Of a stretch of 64,000 nucleotides of DNA, positions 50,036 through 62,736 are shown piece by piece. This DNA is from Octopus bimaculoides. Lineage: Eukaryota. The notes beneath the pieces are model-generated. The model did no database searches and was not told where the DNA came from. It worked only from the letters and a program-made list of their open reading frames with translations. The DNA lies in the NCBI RefSeq assembly GCF_001194135.2, contig NC_068981.1:54815159-54879158 (forward strand), in the 5' to 3' direction. Position numbers and translations under genes: made by a program. The stretch's first letter is position 1; every line of letters starts with the position of its first letter.

Positions 50036-50834
50036 TAGAGAAAAGTTATTTCCACTATACTTTCAGTCCTTTCTGGATCAAGGTATAAGAAAAATTAGGT
50101 GAAAAAATATGTTTAATGTTGCAGTATTTTAATTCTTGCAGGTTAGTAGTTGGATGGAAAGCATACACAGGTAAGAGGAACAAGTGTGTGACACATGGGA
50201 ATAGGTTAGGTAAAGAAAGTCCAGAAAAATATTCGTTGAGATTCTGCAAGCCCTGAAAATCAAAACAGGGTAGATTGGTATTGCAAGCATTTCAAGTCAA
50301 CTTGAGATGCATGAAATAATACATCAGGATATGACAGGAATCATTAGGGAAAATAGGTTGGACAACAGTGACTTGCTACTTGTGGTCCTTCAGCATTTTG
50401 ACACTTCATCATCACCATTTAATATCCATGTTTCATGCTGGCATAGGTTGGACAATTTAACAGGATCCAGTGGGTCTAAGGATTGCATCATTCTCCAGTG
50501 TCTGATTTGGCATGGTTTCTATGGCTGGCTGCTCTTCCTTACACCAACCACTTTATGCACTTAAGCAAATCACCAATCATTATTATCATGTATTTGTAGC
50601 ATAGATTTTGTGGCTGGATTCCCTTCATATTGCCAACCTCTTTTAGGACAGACTGTGTTTTTATTATACCTCCAGCAATTGAGGTTATCTGCCAAGACTA
50701 ATATGTTCTATCTACCATTTAAAAGATATCTTTCATTATTGTTGTTGTTGATGTTAAGATCCTTGTTAAAATGTTAGTGTTTCTCATTGTTGAAGTATAG
50801 CTTTAAATTTTTTGTTTTTTTATTACTTACTCAG

Positions 50835-51172
50835 ATAATACGTGCAAAGGAAGCAAGCAAGTGGAGCGGTTTCAAGAAAAGGCCCATATAGAACTGCGGC
50901 ATCATATCCAAGAACTACATCCACAAAATCAAAACAGACTCTCAAAATTACTTTTACGTTTACCGCCACTGCGTTCAGTTAACCCAAGCATTATGGAAGA
51001 ATTATTCTTCTCTGGTTTAACTGGTAGTGTTCAGATAGACAGCATAATTCCACACATTCTCAGGATGGAAACAGCTGAATACAATTCTCAGATGGTTGGT
51101 CAATGTGCACCAGAAATGACAGAACCTTCGGCTGAAACAGAAATATCTGCTACCAGTAATTCAAGTACATAG
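50835..51172 (+). CDS. NR2C: NR2C terminal coding exon (…ERFQEKA…RLSKLLLRLPPLR…EELFFSGLTGSVQIDSIIPHILRME…stop)
   Basis: Acceptor ttactcag. Phase 1 start, TAG stop at 51170-51172. Matches the TR2/TR4 helix 10-12 region. Confidence 0.97.
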
Positions 51173-53000
51173 TCTAATATGAGACTTGTGGATTAGGACA
51201 CTGTTAAAAAGAAAGTTAATTATCAGTTTGGGAACTGAATTGCTCTGTAGGTTGCGTTTTACATCTGAATCAAAGAGTTCTAGGAAAATACCAATCACTA
51301 ACTCAGCAAACATCTCTCTTTGTGAAAAAAAAGAAGCTAACTGTTAGTGGATGTGGTATGGCTGCTTATGGGACAGTGTAAGCCTCAGAAGCATAGGCTC
51401 TTTTCATATGACAGGCTTTATTTATTTTTTTTTCTTTGTATAAATTTTGGGGTTATGTATATTTGTTAGAAATTTTAGTTATAGGAGGAATAATCCCAAT
51501 GAACATTATGTAGAGAAAACTAGCCTATTTTTCTTTAGACTGTGATATTCAAGCAAATAATTACTCTAGACTGAGGTAGCTTCATAACAGGATTTTGTAA
51601 GGATGCCTTAATGTTGCAACTAGCCTAGATGACTAACTGTTTATTTTCGTTATTCTTCAGATGAGGATGTAATATTTTAGCTGCTTTTATGTTGGCTTAT
51701 CAGTTCTCAGCAACATGTCTCTTAACTTTGTCATCTTCACAGAGGGGTTTCATTTATCTGCCATTGTACAAATGAGGGTCTAAAAATGAAAATATATTTA
51801 TAGTTATGAAAGAAAATCTGATCCTAGTTGGTGCATTTGTGAAAATACAAAACAAAAAATTTCGAGAGGAAGAGAAAAAAAGATCTTGAAGGTATAATAT
51901 TAATATAACTTTTTCTACGTATGAATGAGATTTGTCACACTTTCATCTATTTACTAAACATTTTTATTTACTCATCATTTTCATCTCCAAGTTCATCAGT
52001 TATCAGCAACATTAATCTTCATTTCCATTCATTGATTTGTCTTGTACACAAAACCTTAGCTTAATGTTAAGCTACATTGACAATATTTATTCATTCATTT
52101 ATTTTAAATTAAAAATTAGCAAAAATTTATTGTATTTTTATCTATTGTATGATTGTATAGTTAGGTACTCTATTTTAGCAAACCATCAACGAGTTTTCAT
52201 TTAGTCACCTATTTTTATAGCAGTTTATAAAAATCTATTTTAACTTCAACGTTATTTTGAGGAATTGATTGCTCTGATATGATGGTAAACTTGATTAAAA
52301 CAACAGAAAGTTAATTCATTAGTATGATTTAATAACATGCGAAATTTGTGCAAATTTGTATTTTATAGTTTTTTTTTTTCCTGACAGTGTTCTCTCCCTT
52401 CATAAATATGTCCAAAACAAAAAACACTATTACTAACAGAAGAATTAATTTATATAGAAAATCCGTTACTAAATTTCTCCAGTTGGATTTCTAAATCAAG
52501 TTTTTGATAAAGTTAGATGCTTCTAAAACCTAAAGAGTTATGATCTTAACTGTTGTCATAATTTTCTTTTGATGTAATCAAAGCGTTATCCCCACCCCCA
52601 CTACCGTCACTGTTGTTTTTTTCCGATATGATTTTGTTATGATTTTTAGTAAAAGCATTCATATTTATCTTTATATGGGATTCTCTTCTGAATTTAATAC
52701 ATATTTCAATGTTGATTATATATTTTTGCTTACATGTGTAATGGGCGAATATGTTTGTTGAATTTATATTTTGTCTTATTAATTGTTCAAAATTATATTT
52801 CTGCTAAAAACACTGCCTTCAAGTAAAACCCCAAAATACCCTGAAGTAATAAGGGCCCTGGTATAACAAGAAAACACTTCTCTTATGTTCTTTCATTATT
52901 GAAACCTAAACATTGTTTTTATTATGATCTTAGGAGCTGAACATACCATAATAATTAAATTGATGAAATTTAGAAATGTTTTGCATAAAATAAACATTTG
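51173..53000 (+). other. Probable NR2C 3' UTR; the end is uncertain, with a candidate AATAAA at 52989-52994
   Basis: AU-rich sequence following the stop codon, with no recognisable TE until about 54.2 kb. Confidence 0.5.
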
Positions 53001-54229
53001 TTCGCCAGCATATCTCAACATTTATCATCTCTAATTTTTTAGCAGTTCATAGTGCCAGACAACTACTTTGCCATTGTTCTGAGATTAGGTTCTATCACAC
53101 ATACATACATGGCTGTTTAACTACAGAGATGTTTTATTTTTTTGTTTCTTAAAATTTTACAGTGAAATTTGAATAAGCTTTTGAAAATTGGCATAAAACA
53201 CCACACTAACAGCTAATATAGTTTTGATGCTATTGTATAATAGAAATAACTGTATTTTTTTGTGATGTCTAAATTTCTTTTTTAATATCACAAAGTTTTG
53301 AGAACCTAATGTTTAATTCATTCTTGTCTAAAATTATTCTTTCTTAAACTAGACTTCTTCAATTGTCTGCATTTATGCACTTTTCGTTCAGTCGAAATTT
53401 TCTCATTTGTGCTGTACAAACAACAAGAACAATATTCATGATCAGTTAACTTAATGGTGTGTTGTGTGTATGTGTGTGTACATGTGTGCATAGTCCAGTA
53501 CAGTGCAATAATATACTGAAACTAGATAAATCAGGAATGCAGTTTCAAGTCTTGCTATTAGAAATAGGAACCACAGCTCTTCATCCATAAAAAGTTAGAA
53601 GAAAATGGTTGGTAAAATAGAAAAATAATAATCAGGTTAAGATTAGTCAAGCTATTTAAAATTTTTATTTCTAAAATTTTATCTGGTACTAAATATATTT
53701 GTATAACATTGAACATGTTAATGTATTGCAGGAAGTGATCAGAGTGGTGGGTGTAGTGGAATTGAAATTTTTGGAAAACTAAAAGGTGTTTAAAATTTGA
53801 ACCCCCAAATCTTTATATCAATTTAAATTGTTTTGAATTACAGATTTGATTTTAGTTTAATTTTATTTGATCCTATTCTCATTTTTGTTTTATGAAAAAC
53901 AGATCCTAGTTTTATCATTTTGAAGTTTCTAAATCTGACTCATAGATATGAAATATGCCAATGGGTGGTTATTTGAGGTCATATGATAATCTTTGTTCAA
54001 CGAAATTTAACTTTAGAAATTTTTGTAAAATATAAAATGCTTGTGGACATAGCAAAAGCTTGTCTCTATCCATCAAATGTTTTGCAGTCCACATATTTTA
54101 GACACAACCTCTTGTGGCATTGGTTTCTAAAAACCAAGTATTTGTTCAACCCCAGGTCAGATCTGATTGGGCAGGTTTATGTTCATAGGTATTTTAGTCG
54201 TGATTATTATTATTATTGTTATAATTGTG

Positions 54230-55200
54230 CCGCACAAAATGCTTAGTAGCATTTTGTCCACGTTTACTTTCTGAGTTCAAATTCTGCTGAGGTCAACTTT
54301 GCCTTTCATCCTTTTAGGGTACCAGTGTAGTATTGGGGTCAATGTAATTGAGTAGTCCTCACCACCAAAATTACAGGTCTTTTGTAGAAAGGATTATTAT
54401 TATCATATTTATTCAGGTGGCAATCTGGCAGAATTGTTAGCATGCTGCTCAAAATGCTTAACAGCATTTTTGCTCATCTGTATGTTCAGTGTTCAAATTC
54501 TGTGAAGGTTGACTTTGCTTGTCATCCTTTTGGGGGTCAAGAAAATAGTAGTTGAATAGTTGGTTGGCACTCCGTCAGTTACGATGATGAGGGTTCCAGT
54601 TGATCCGATAAGCAGAACAGCCTGCTCGTGAAATTAATGTGCAAATGGCTGAGCACTCCATAGACATGTGTACCCTTAACGTACTTCTCGGGGAGATTCA
54701 GCGTGACACAGAGTGTGACAAGGCTGGTCCTTTGAAATACAGAAACAAGAAGTAAGAATGAGAGAAAGTTGTGGTGAAAGAGTACAGCAGGGTTCGCCAC
54801 CACCCCCTGCTGGAGCCTCGTGGAACTTTAGGTGTTTTCGCTCAATAAACACTCACAACGCCCGGTCTGGGAATCGAAACCGCGATCCTGCGACCGAGAA
54901 TCCGCTGCCCTAACCACTGGGCCATTGTGCCCCCACAGTTGAATAGTAGGGTTGATGAAATCAACTAGCCTCCTGTCCCAAATTTCAGGCTTGGTACCTG
55001 TAGTAGAAAGAATTATTAAGGTAGCAAGCTGGCAAAACTGTTAATGCAATGGGCAAAATGCTAAACAGCAATTTGTCCATTTTAACATTCTGAGTTCAAA
55101 TTCCACAGAGATCAACTTTCCCTTTCAGAGTCAAAATAAGTACCAGTTGTGCTCCATCCAATTGCAGGCTTTGTGCTTATAATAGAAAGGATTATTATTA
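54230..55200 (+). mobile_element. Three tandem SINE-A copies; the middle one is interrupted by SINE-C
   Basis: Units at about 54230-54400, 54416-55015 and 55019-55200, ending in (ATT)n. Confidence 0.8.
54561..54936 (-). mobile_element. Full-length tRNA-derived SINE-C with an 11-bp TSD
   Basis: Head GTGGGGGCACAATGGCCCAGTGGTTAGGGCAGCGG...GTTTCGATTCCC. TSD AGTTGAATAGT at 54550-54560 and 54937-54947. Confidence 0.9.
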
Positions 55201-58200
55201 TTATCCTAAACAATATTCTGTGTGTTGTTCCTTTTCTAAGATATTAGGGTGATTTGTCTGCTATTTCCAGTAGGTTGAGTTACCACATAGAAGCTTTCTT
55301 ATATGTTTTACAAAGTTATGAATGCTGTCCTTATTCCCAGGCACATTTTTGAAGAGAGACACTTTTACCCAATGAAAGAGAAGTCAAACTCTTCTCCCTG
55401 TGAATTAAAAAAATAAAACTCCTCTCAGTTTTACAGTGTTCCTACTGTTGCTTACATTAGTGGTTTATATATCTATAGGATCTAGTCAATTGCTTAACCT
55501 TGGACACAATACAGCTTTAGTGACAGATATGCCCTTGGTCCTCTCATCAGTTATTCATAATCTCTAGAAAAAATCTAATTGTTTTTAGTTAGAGTTTCTG
55601 TTATTCATGAACTGTTGTTTATAGAATTTTTAAGATGCTGTTTGATTATGATATAGGGTGTCAGTGATAGTATTTACAGTGCACTCCACAAACTGAGCTA
55701 TGTCTGGTCTAAATTGTTCCCCAACTTGTTACTGCATTCAAGACCTATTTGTGTCAAATTAATGTTTCATCATTGTGATATCAACAATTTTGTGGAATTA
55801 ATTATAACAAAACACTTGTAAAAATACTCTCTAATGAGCATCACTATCATTCATTTCAATTATTTACTCAAGAAGTTTGATTTAATAACTTTACTATATT
55901 GTTGTTTCTCTGATTCCAATCAGATGATTATCATTTGTGTTTTTTTTTTTATATGAATCTCTCTCTCTCTCATTTTATTTATTATTTTTACACTTTATTA
56001 TTGACTTTTTTTTTATGTATATTGTAATGGTGAACAAATATTATTGATTACAGGTTTCCAACACGCCAGTCACTAGTTCATTAGCCACTATTAAGTTGTA
56101 CTGTTATTGAAGCAATTAATAAGATCTTTTGGAGCTTTGGAAATTATGTAAATTAAATGCAAAAATGAAATATTCATGCTTAATGTCAGAAGACAAAACA
56201 TTCAGCTGCTGGTAATAACATCTACAAATGGCATAGTTGTAACAGTCTCCCTATTCTTCAGTCAAAGTAGCAGATAAGTCTTTTACTTTACCTAACCGTT
56301 TCACTGTTGGTTGAAGATTAAAGCTGCAAAACATCCATCATATTAAAGTTTGGAAAATCTCAGATCGATGATAATTAGAAACATGACAAAAATAGCCCCA
56401 AGTCTTTTAGTTTGTAAAAAAAATTGAATCTTCATAGTTTTCAATAAATATTTTTAGCTGCAGTAATTATTCCCCCTTACTTTAAGCCTTCACTGACAAT
56501 TGCTTTTCATTTCTCATAAAATAATCGATTGTAAGGTTTTTAGCTAGGTTTGTTCATTACTAGACTGTCTTCTTGATATGTATAGTCATTGTGTTTTTGA
56601 GGGCAATTATTAGCAAAGTTGAAAAGGTTATTCTTATAGAGATATGATAAACATGTTTCCAAAGGAAAGAAAGATAGATTGAAGAGTTTGATGAGGATAA
56701 AAAGCAAAGCTCAGAAATGCAGTTTGAGAGTGATAGAGACACTGTTGGATTGTAGTGATTGAAGGAGTGTTAGTACATAGGGTCTGTACCTGACAGTGAA
56801 ACAAGGTGAGGGGATTTTGAGAGAAATTGTACTGAATAAGGTGTGTAGAGTTGGAAAACACACAACAAATGTGAAGGTATTTTTTAGCAGGAGTTGTTGG
56901 TAGGAATATCTTGGTCGAAGAGTGAATGGTAGAAGGGTTCTGTAAAATTATCAGAATATTTTGGCAAGGAATCTGAAGGTTCTACTGCAATTTAGAAAGT
57001 TAAAAAGCTTGCAGTCCAAGCAACGTACAAAAAGATACATTCTTTGCTTCTCTGATAGCAAGTGTGGTGGCGGATAACTAAGTCTAAGATTGTAGTCACT
57101 GGTCTTTGCCTGTATGGTTTACTTACAGCTGTGTGTAAACTATTTGTGGGGTTTAACTTTTGGTTGTGTGAATAATAGACATAAGAGAATTGTTTCAGTT
57201 ACCTTAGATGGACAAGGGTGAAACAGATTTGCTGCCAGGGATAATTGGAGTAGAAGAGGTAGAGCTTGACCAGTTATCTGACTTGAAATTCTTATTGAAT
57301 GCTGTTCAGAAGATTATATTTGATGAATATTTCTTTAATGCATATAATACCATCATCAAGGTCCTCATTTATTTTAGTAATTTATTGCTGTATTAAATCT
57401 GAAACTTGTTCTAATAGTATCAATTTGCATGAGATAGGCTGTATATTTCTTAATATAAATATCTATATATATATATATATATATATATGTCATGGTGCGT
57501 CTGATTCTGTATGCATTCAATATCAATTCCATATAAATATTCATCAATATTAAAAAATGAGAACACACACACACACACACACAAAACCATCATTGTAATC
57601 ATCATTTATATTTGTATTTTTTAAAGTGTTTTCTATTGGGAAAATATAAACTGTTTCTTTGTTCTGTTGTTTTCTATGTATTTGTATGATTTGTTAATAC
57701 TTTGTTCTATGGTCACATTAATGTACATATATAGTTCTGGGATAAATGGAGCTCTAGTGAACNNNNNNNNNNNNNNNNNNNNNNNNNNNNNNNNNNNNNN
57801 NNNNNNNNNNNNNNNNNNNNNNNNNNNNNNNNNNNNNNNNNNNNNNNNNNNNNNNNNNNNNNNNNNNNNNNNNNNNNNNNNNNNNNNNNNNNNNNNNNNN
57901 NNNNNNNNNNNNNNNNNNNNNNNNNNNNNNNNNNNNNNNNNNNNNNNNNNNNNNNNNNNNNNNNNNNNNNNNNNNNNNNNNNNNNNNNNNNNNNNNNNNN
58001 NNNNNNNNNNNNNNNNNNNNNNNNNNNNNNNNNNNNNNNNNNNNNNNNNNNNNNNNNNNNNNNNNNNNNNNNNNNNNNNNNNNNNNNNNNNNNNNNNNNN
58101 NNNNNNNNNNNNNNNNNNNNNNNNNNNNNNNNNNNNNNNNNNNNNNNNNNNNNNNNNNNNNNNNNNNNNNNNNNNNNNNNNNNNNNNNNNNNNNNNNNNN

Positions 58201-58432
58201 NNNNNNNNNNNNNNNNNNNNNNNNNNNNNNNNNNNNNNNNNNNNNNNNNNNNNNNNNNNNNNNNNNNNNNNNNNNNNNNTTGACTGTTAAATGTTTGTAT
58301 TAGTTACGGAAACTGAAAGAAGCCTGCCTTGTATATGCATGTAGTAATTTTTATCTCCAACATAATGTGCAGATTGTGTTAGAGCACAGAATATTGTGCT
58401 ATTTACCTTGAGAGGATTTCTCATAGAGACTT

Positions 58433-59190
58433 CATCATCATTTAATGTCTGTTGTCCATGTTGGCATGAGTTGGACGGTTTGACCAGGCTGACACACTGG
58501 AAAGTAGCACTGGACTCCAGTCTGATTTGACATGGTTTTCTACAGCTGGATGCCCTTCCCAACACCAACCATTCCAAGAGTGTAATGGGTGCTTTTATGT
58601 GCCACCGGCACAGGTGCCATTTGCATGACGCTGGAATGCTTTTATGTGTCACTGGCACAGATGACAATTTGTGTGACACCAGTATCTGCCATGACTGCAA
58701 TTCAGCTTCATCAGTCTTCTCAAGCATGGCATAATGCCAAAGGTCTTGGTCATTGCCTCCATGAGGCCCAACACTTGAAAGGAACTCAGTCACTTTACCT
58801 CTGTGAAGCCCAATGCTCGAAAGCTTTACATGCCACCAGCATGGTTGCACTTGACTTGACAAGTCCTCTCAAGCACTGCACAGCACATCACTAAAGGTCT
58901 CGGTCACCAGTCATTGCCTCCGTGAGGCTCAAAGTTTGAAATCATGCTTCACTACCTCATTCCATGTCTTCCTGGGTCTACCTCTAGCACAGGTTCCCTC
59001 CACAGTCAGAGTTAGGCACTTCTTTACACAGCTGTCCTTGTCCATATGCATCACATGACCATACCAGTGCAGTCGTCTCTTGCACACCACATCTGATGCC
59101 TCTTATGCTTAACTTTTCTCTCAAGATGCTTACACTGTCGAACATGCACACTAATATTGCACAGAGGTTTTCCACTTGACACCATGGCAA
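58433..59190 (-). mobile_element. RTE LINE 3' remnant
   Basis: Reverse complement of 'SILREKLSIRGIRCGVQE...RGRPRKTW', followed by the tail and (GAT)n. Confidence 0.88.
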
Positions 59191-60204
59191 CTTTGACTGA
59201 GGTGGTTAATTAAGAGGAGCTTTATAGAATACATTCCACCCATTTCTACTATTGCTCCATGCAGGGCAGGGTCTGCTGTCTGCTTACATCATACGGGAAA
59301 TCTGATCGCACCAGATATTATATTTTGATGACTTCTGTACCCTAACAGGGGATAGAGGCCAATTCTTTACATTAATACCATTTGCAGAAAAACATGAAGT
59401 TCAGAGGTTACTAAAGATGATGGAGACAGAAATTCCTAGTGCAGCATTCTGAAATAAATCTCAGGCATGATTGCTTGGTGATGAAGAGATTTGCATCGGG
59501 TTTTTATTTGCACAGAACTGCACAGTGCAAATGTGAAGACTTTTGTATACGTGTGTGTATAAATAGGAGAGTAAAGTAAACATATACAATCCAACAATGA
59601 TGTTGTGAGTGCATAAATTCTACAAATTAGGAATTATAGCAATTACAAATAACAATTATAATTATTTTTATATTATAGAGATCTATAATATATACTGTAG
59701 AGGCCTACAGTTTAAAATTGTATCTGTAGTATAAACGGAAATAGAAAAATGCATTTAATACCATCCATGTATATGACCTGTCTTTGTGATAAGTTTTATG
59801 GCCGAAAATTGAAGTCCAGAAGTAAGTGTTCTTAAGAAATCCAAAACTGATTCTTCATTACCAAAAGACTCATTAATACTATTGCAAATTCCCTGTAATA
59901 GCTCCTTGGTAAAGGGAAGCTACTCTATCATTTTGAATGACAATTATTTTATATTTTGCATTTTGTCTTTCAGATTAAGCAGTTACAAATTTTTTAATAT
60001 TATATATTGTACTAATATTAGTGTATTCGAACTGTAAAACTTATAGAGAGTACTTATTTTATATATATATATATATATATCATACACATACACATTACTT
60101 TCACAAATTCGTTTGAAAGAATCGTCTCCCTTACACACTTTCGCGTTCTTTTTTCTTTTTTTAGTGAAATGTGTAAACACATGAAGTTGATATTAAAAGC
60201 AGTT

Positions 60205-61130
60205 TGGCGGCGAGCTGGCAGAATCGTTAGCACGCTGGGCAAAATGCGTAGCGGCTTTTCGTCCGTATTTGCATTCTGAGTTCAAATTCCACTGTGATTG
60301 ACCTTGCTCTTTCAGAGTCGATAAAATAAATACCAGTTGAGCACTTGGGCCAATGTAATCAATCGGTGAAAGACTTGGGTATCGACATGAGTGATGATAC
60401 CTCTTTCCAAGTGCACATTACCAGAATGGCAACAAAGTGCAGACGATTGGCTGGATGGATCCTGAGAACATTCAGAACCAGAGATAAGGAAACCATGATG
60501 ATACTCTGGAGGACATTCGTCCTCAGCCGCCTGGATTACTGCTCACAGCTGTGGTCACCCACCAGTCTGAAATTAACAGCAGACCTTGAAGCAATCCAGA
60601 GGAGATTCACAAAGAAGATTGTCTCTTTGCAACTGCTCAGCTACTGGGAAAGGCTGAAACAGCTAAGACTCTACTCCCTGGAGAGAAGGCGGGAGAGGTA
60701 TGCAGTAATATACATCTGGAAGATCCTGGAAGGAATTGTGCCAAATTTTGGCATTGAAAGCTACACCAATGCCAGAACGGGACGACACTGCATAGTGCCA
60801 AAGATCCCAGCAATGCCATCGCGCTTCAGGACCAGTTACTGCAACAGCTTGGGATTCAGGGGCCCACAACTTTTTAATATTCTCCCAAAGAGCCTGAGGA
60901 ATCTGCACAAAGTAGATGTAGGAGTTTTTAAATCAAAGCTGGACCTCTTCCTATCGAGAGTTCCAGATGAACCTACCTCGCGGCAGGAGGTGCAAATGAG
61001 GATTGCTAAATCAAGCTCCATTCTTCACCAAGTTCCACATATTGTAAGAGGTTCCCTGTAATAACAGTGTAGCAACACGGTGGTGCATCAGCATGGCTGC
61101 AGCTCTGAGCTAAAACTTAAAAAAAAAAAA
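60205..61130 (+). mobile_element. SINE-A 5' part (60205-60363) fused to a 5'-truncated CR1-like LINE (60364-61130) with poly(A)
   Basis: The uninterrupted frame 'VKDLGI.MSDD.SF..HI...GWILRTF.TRD..TM..LW...VLSRLDYCSQLWSP...YSLERRRERY' is a typical CR1-group C-terminus. An A-run lies at 61119-61131. Confidence 0.9.
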
Positions 61131-61414
61131 ATAATAAAAAAATACATATATATGTATGTATATACGTATATATGTATGTATATATGTATATACGTATATA
61201 TGTATGTATATATGTNNNNNNNNNNNNNNNNNNNNNNNNNNNNNNNNNNNNNNNNNNNNNNNNNNNNNNNNNNNNNNNNNNNNNNNNNNNNNNNNNNNNN
61301 NNNNNNNNNNNNNNNTTAATTGATTAATATCAATTTCTACCCTTATTAATAAATTATATATATACATATCTATATATATATATCCATATTAATATATATA
61401 TGTATATATATACG

Positions 61415-62736
61415 AAAGGGTTCTTTGTAAGGAGAAACAAGAGGTCCCTTGACAGAGTCATCCCAAACAAAAACATGCGATCAAGAGTCAATATCTGATG
61501 GGACATTAGAGGGTGAAGATTGGTCCCGGGAACTCACGGGCGGAAGATTAGAAAAATTGGTGCAAAGTCTGGTGACGTACGACGCCAGATCATGAAACTG
61601 TGAAGTGTCTGGCATCAACATCGCACTAGGCAATGCTAGTGTGGTACCATACAGCAGCTCTGCAGAGGAGAAACCCAGGTCTGCCTTGACAGCAATACGA
61701 CAGCCAAGAAGCACAGTTGGCAGAAATTCAGTCCAAGACTGCGGATCTGGAGAGGCACGTAGAGCAGCCTTGCTGTCTATGAAACCGTTTGACCATCCTG
61801 TTGGAAGCTGGATGGTAACTGGTCGTGCGAATGTGATGCACACCCAGAATTCGTGACAGTTCCTGGAATAAAGAAGCTTCAAACTGGCGTCCGCGATCAG
61901 TAGTTAATCTCGACGGAACTCCGAATCGGGAAATCCAGTTAGAAGCAAAAGCTCGGGCAACAGATTCAGCAGAAATGTCTGCTATTGAAATGGCTTCTGG
62001 CCAGCGGGAGAAACGGTCAACACAGGTCAAGATATAAGAGAACTCGCGACTCACAGGCCAATGTCCAACCAGATCAATGTAGACTTGGCGAAAACGGGCC
62101 TATGGAGGAGAAAACTATCCAAGCGGAGCACGAACGTGCCGTTGGATCTTGGAACGTTGGCACTTGGAACAAGTACGTGTCCAAGAAGTAATTGTGCGAC
62201 GCATATTTGGCCAGAAAAAACGAGCAGTGATAAGCTTAAGTGTAGCAGCAATGCCCGGATGCTGTTTTTTTTTTTTTTTCTTGAGAAGCTGGAAAAAATG
62301 AATTTTGCTAGAAGACGAAAGTCAAAAGGATGTTACTGCTAGAAATAGTAGTTGAAAAAACCTGTAGAAGCACGTGGTTGAAGAAAGATGGCTCCACAAC
62401 CCTGATTATGAGCACGTGGTGTCGGCGTTGGTCTGTGTTTTTCTGTCCAAATTGTTGCGGCTTGATGTTGGAATGAAGAAATAACGCGAGCATAATCAGA
62501 CGTGTGAATTCGATGTTAGTGGAAGAGCTCTGTTTTTCCTTTCACTATTGTGAAAACGGGCGCTAGTTAGAACCTTGGCTGCTAATGTACTTCGTCGGCG
62601 GTCACCAATTGTAGGAAGTGAGGTTGGCACTGGATGGGTGCCTTACAAATCCTTACATAAACGTGGAAGGAAAATAGCGGAACAAGAATATCCGAACAAA
62701 TAACAGTATTTATTTTCCGTCTGTACAAGCGTTACA
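61415..62736 (-). mobile_element. Internally deleted Ty3/Gypsy (CsRn1-like) element: candidate 5' LTR, tRNA-Trp PBS, leader and integrase
   Basis: Integrase 'HPGIAATLKLI..RFFWP...C.KCQRSK', '[13 protein letters not shown]', 'TDRGRQF', 'YHPASN', 'HVFV.DDSVKGPLVSPYKEPF'. PBS TGGTGACCGCCGACG at 62607-62593. TG...CA segment at 62610-62736 contains AATAAA. Confidence 0.85.

Noticed and set aside
56560-56990. Strand-skewed segment possibly from an L1/Tx1 endonuclease
   Set aside because: No recognisable catalytic motifs.
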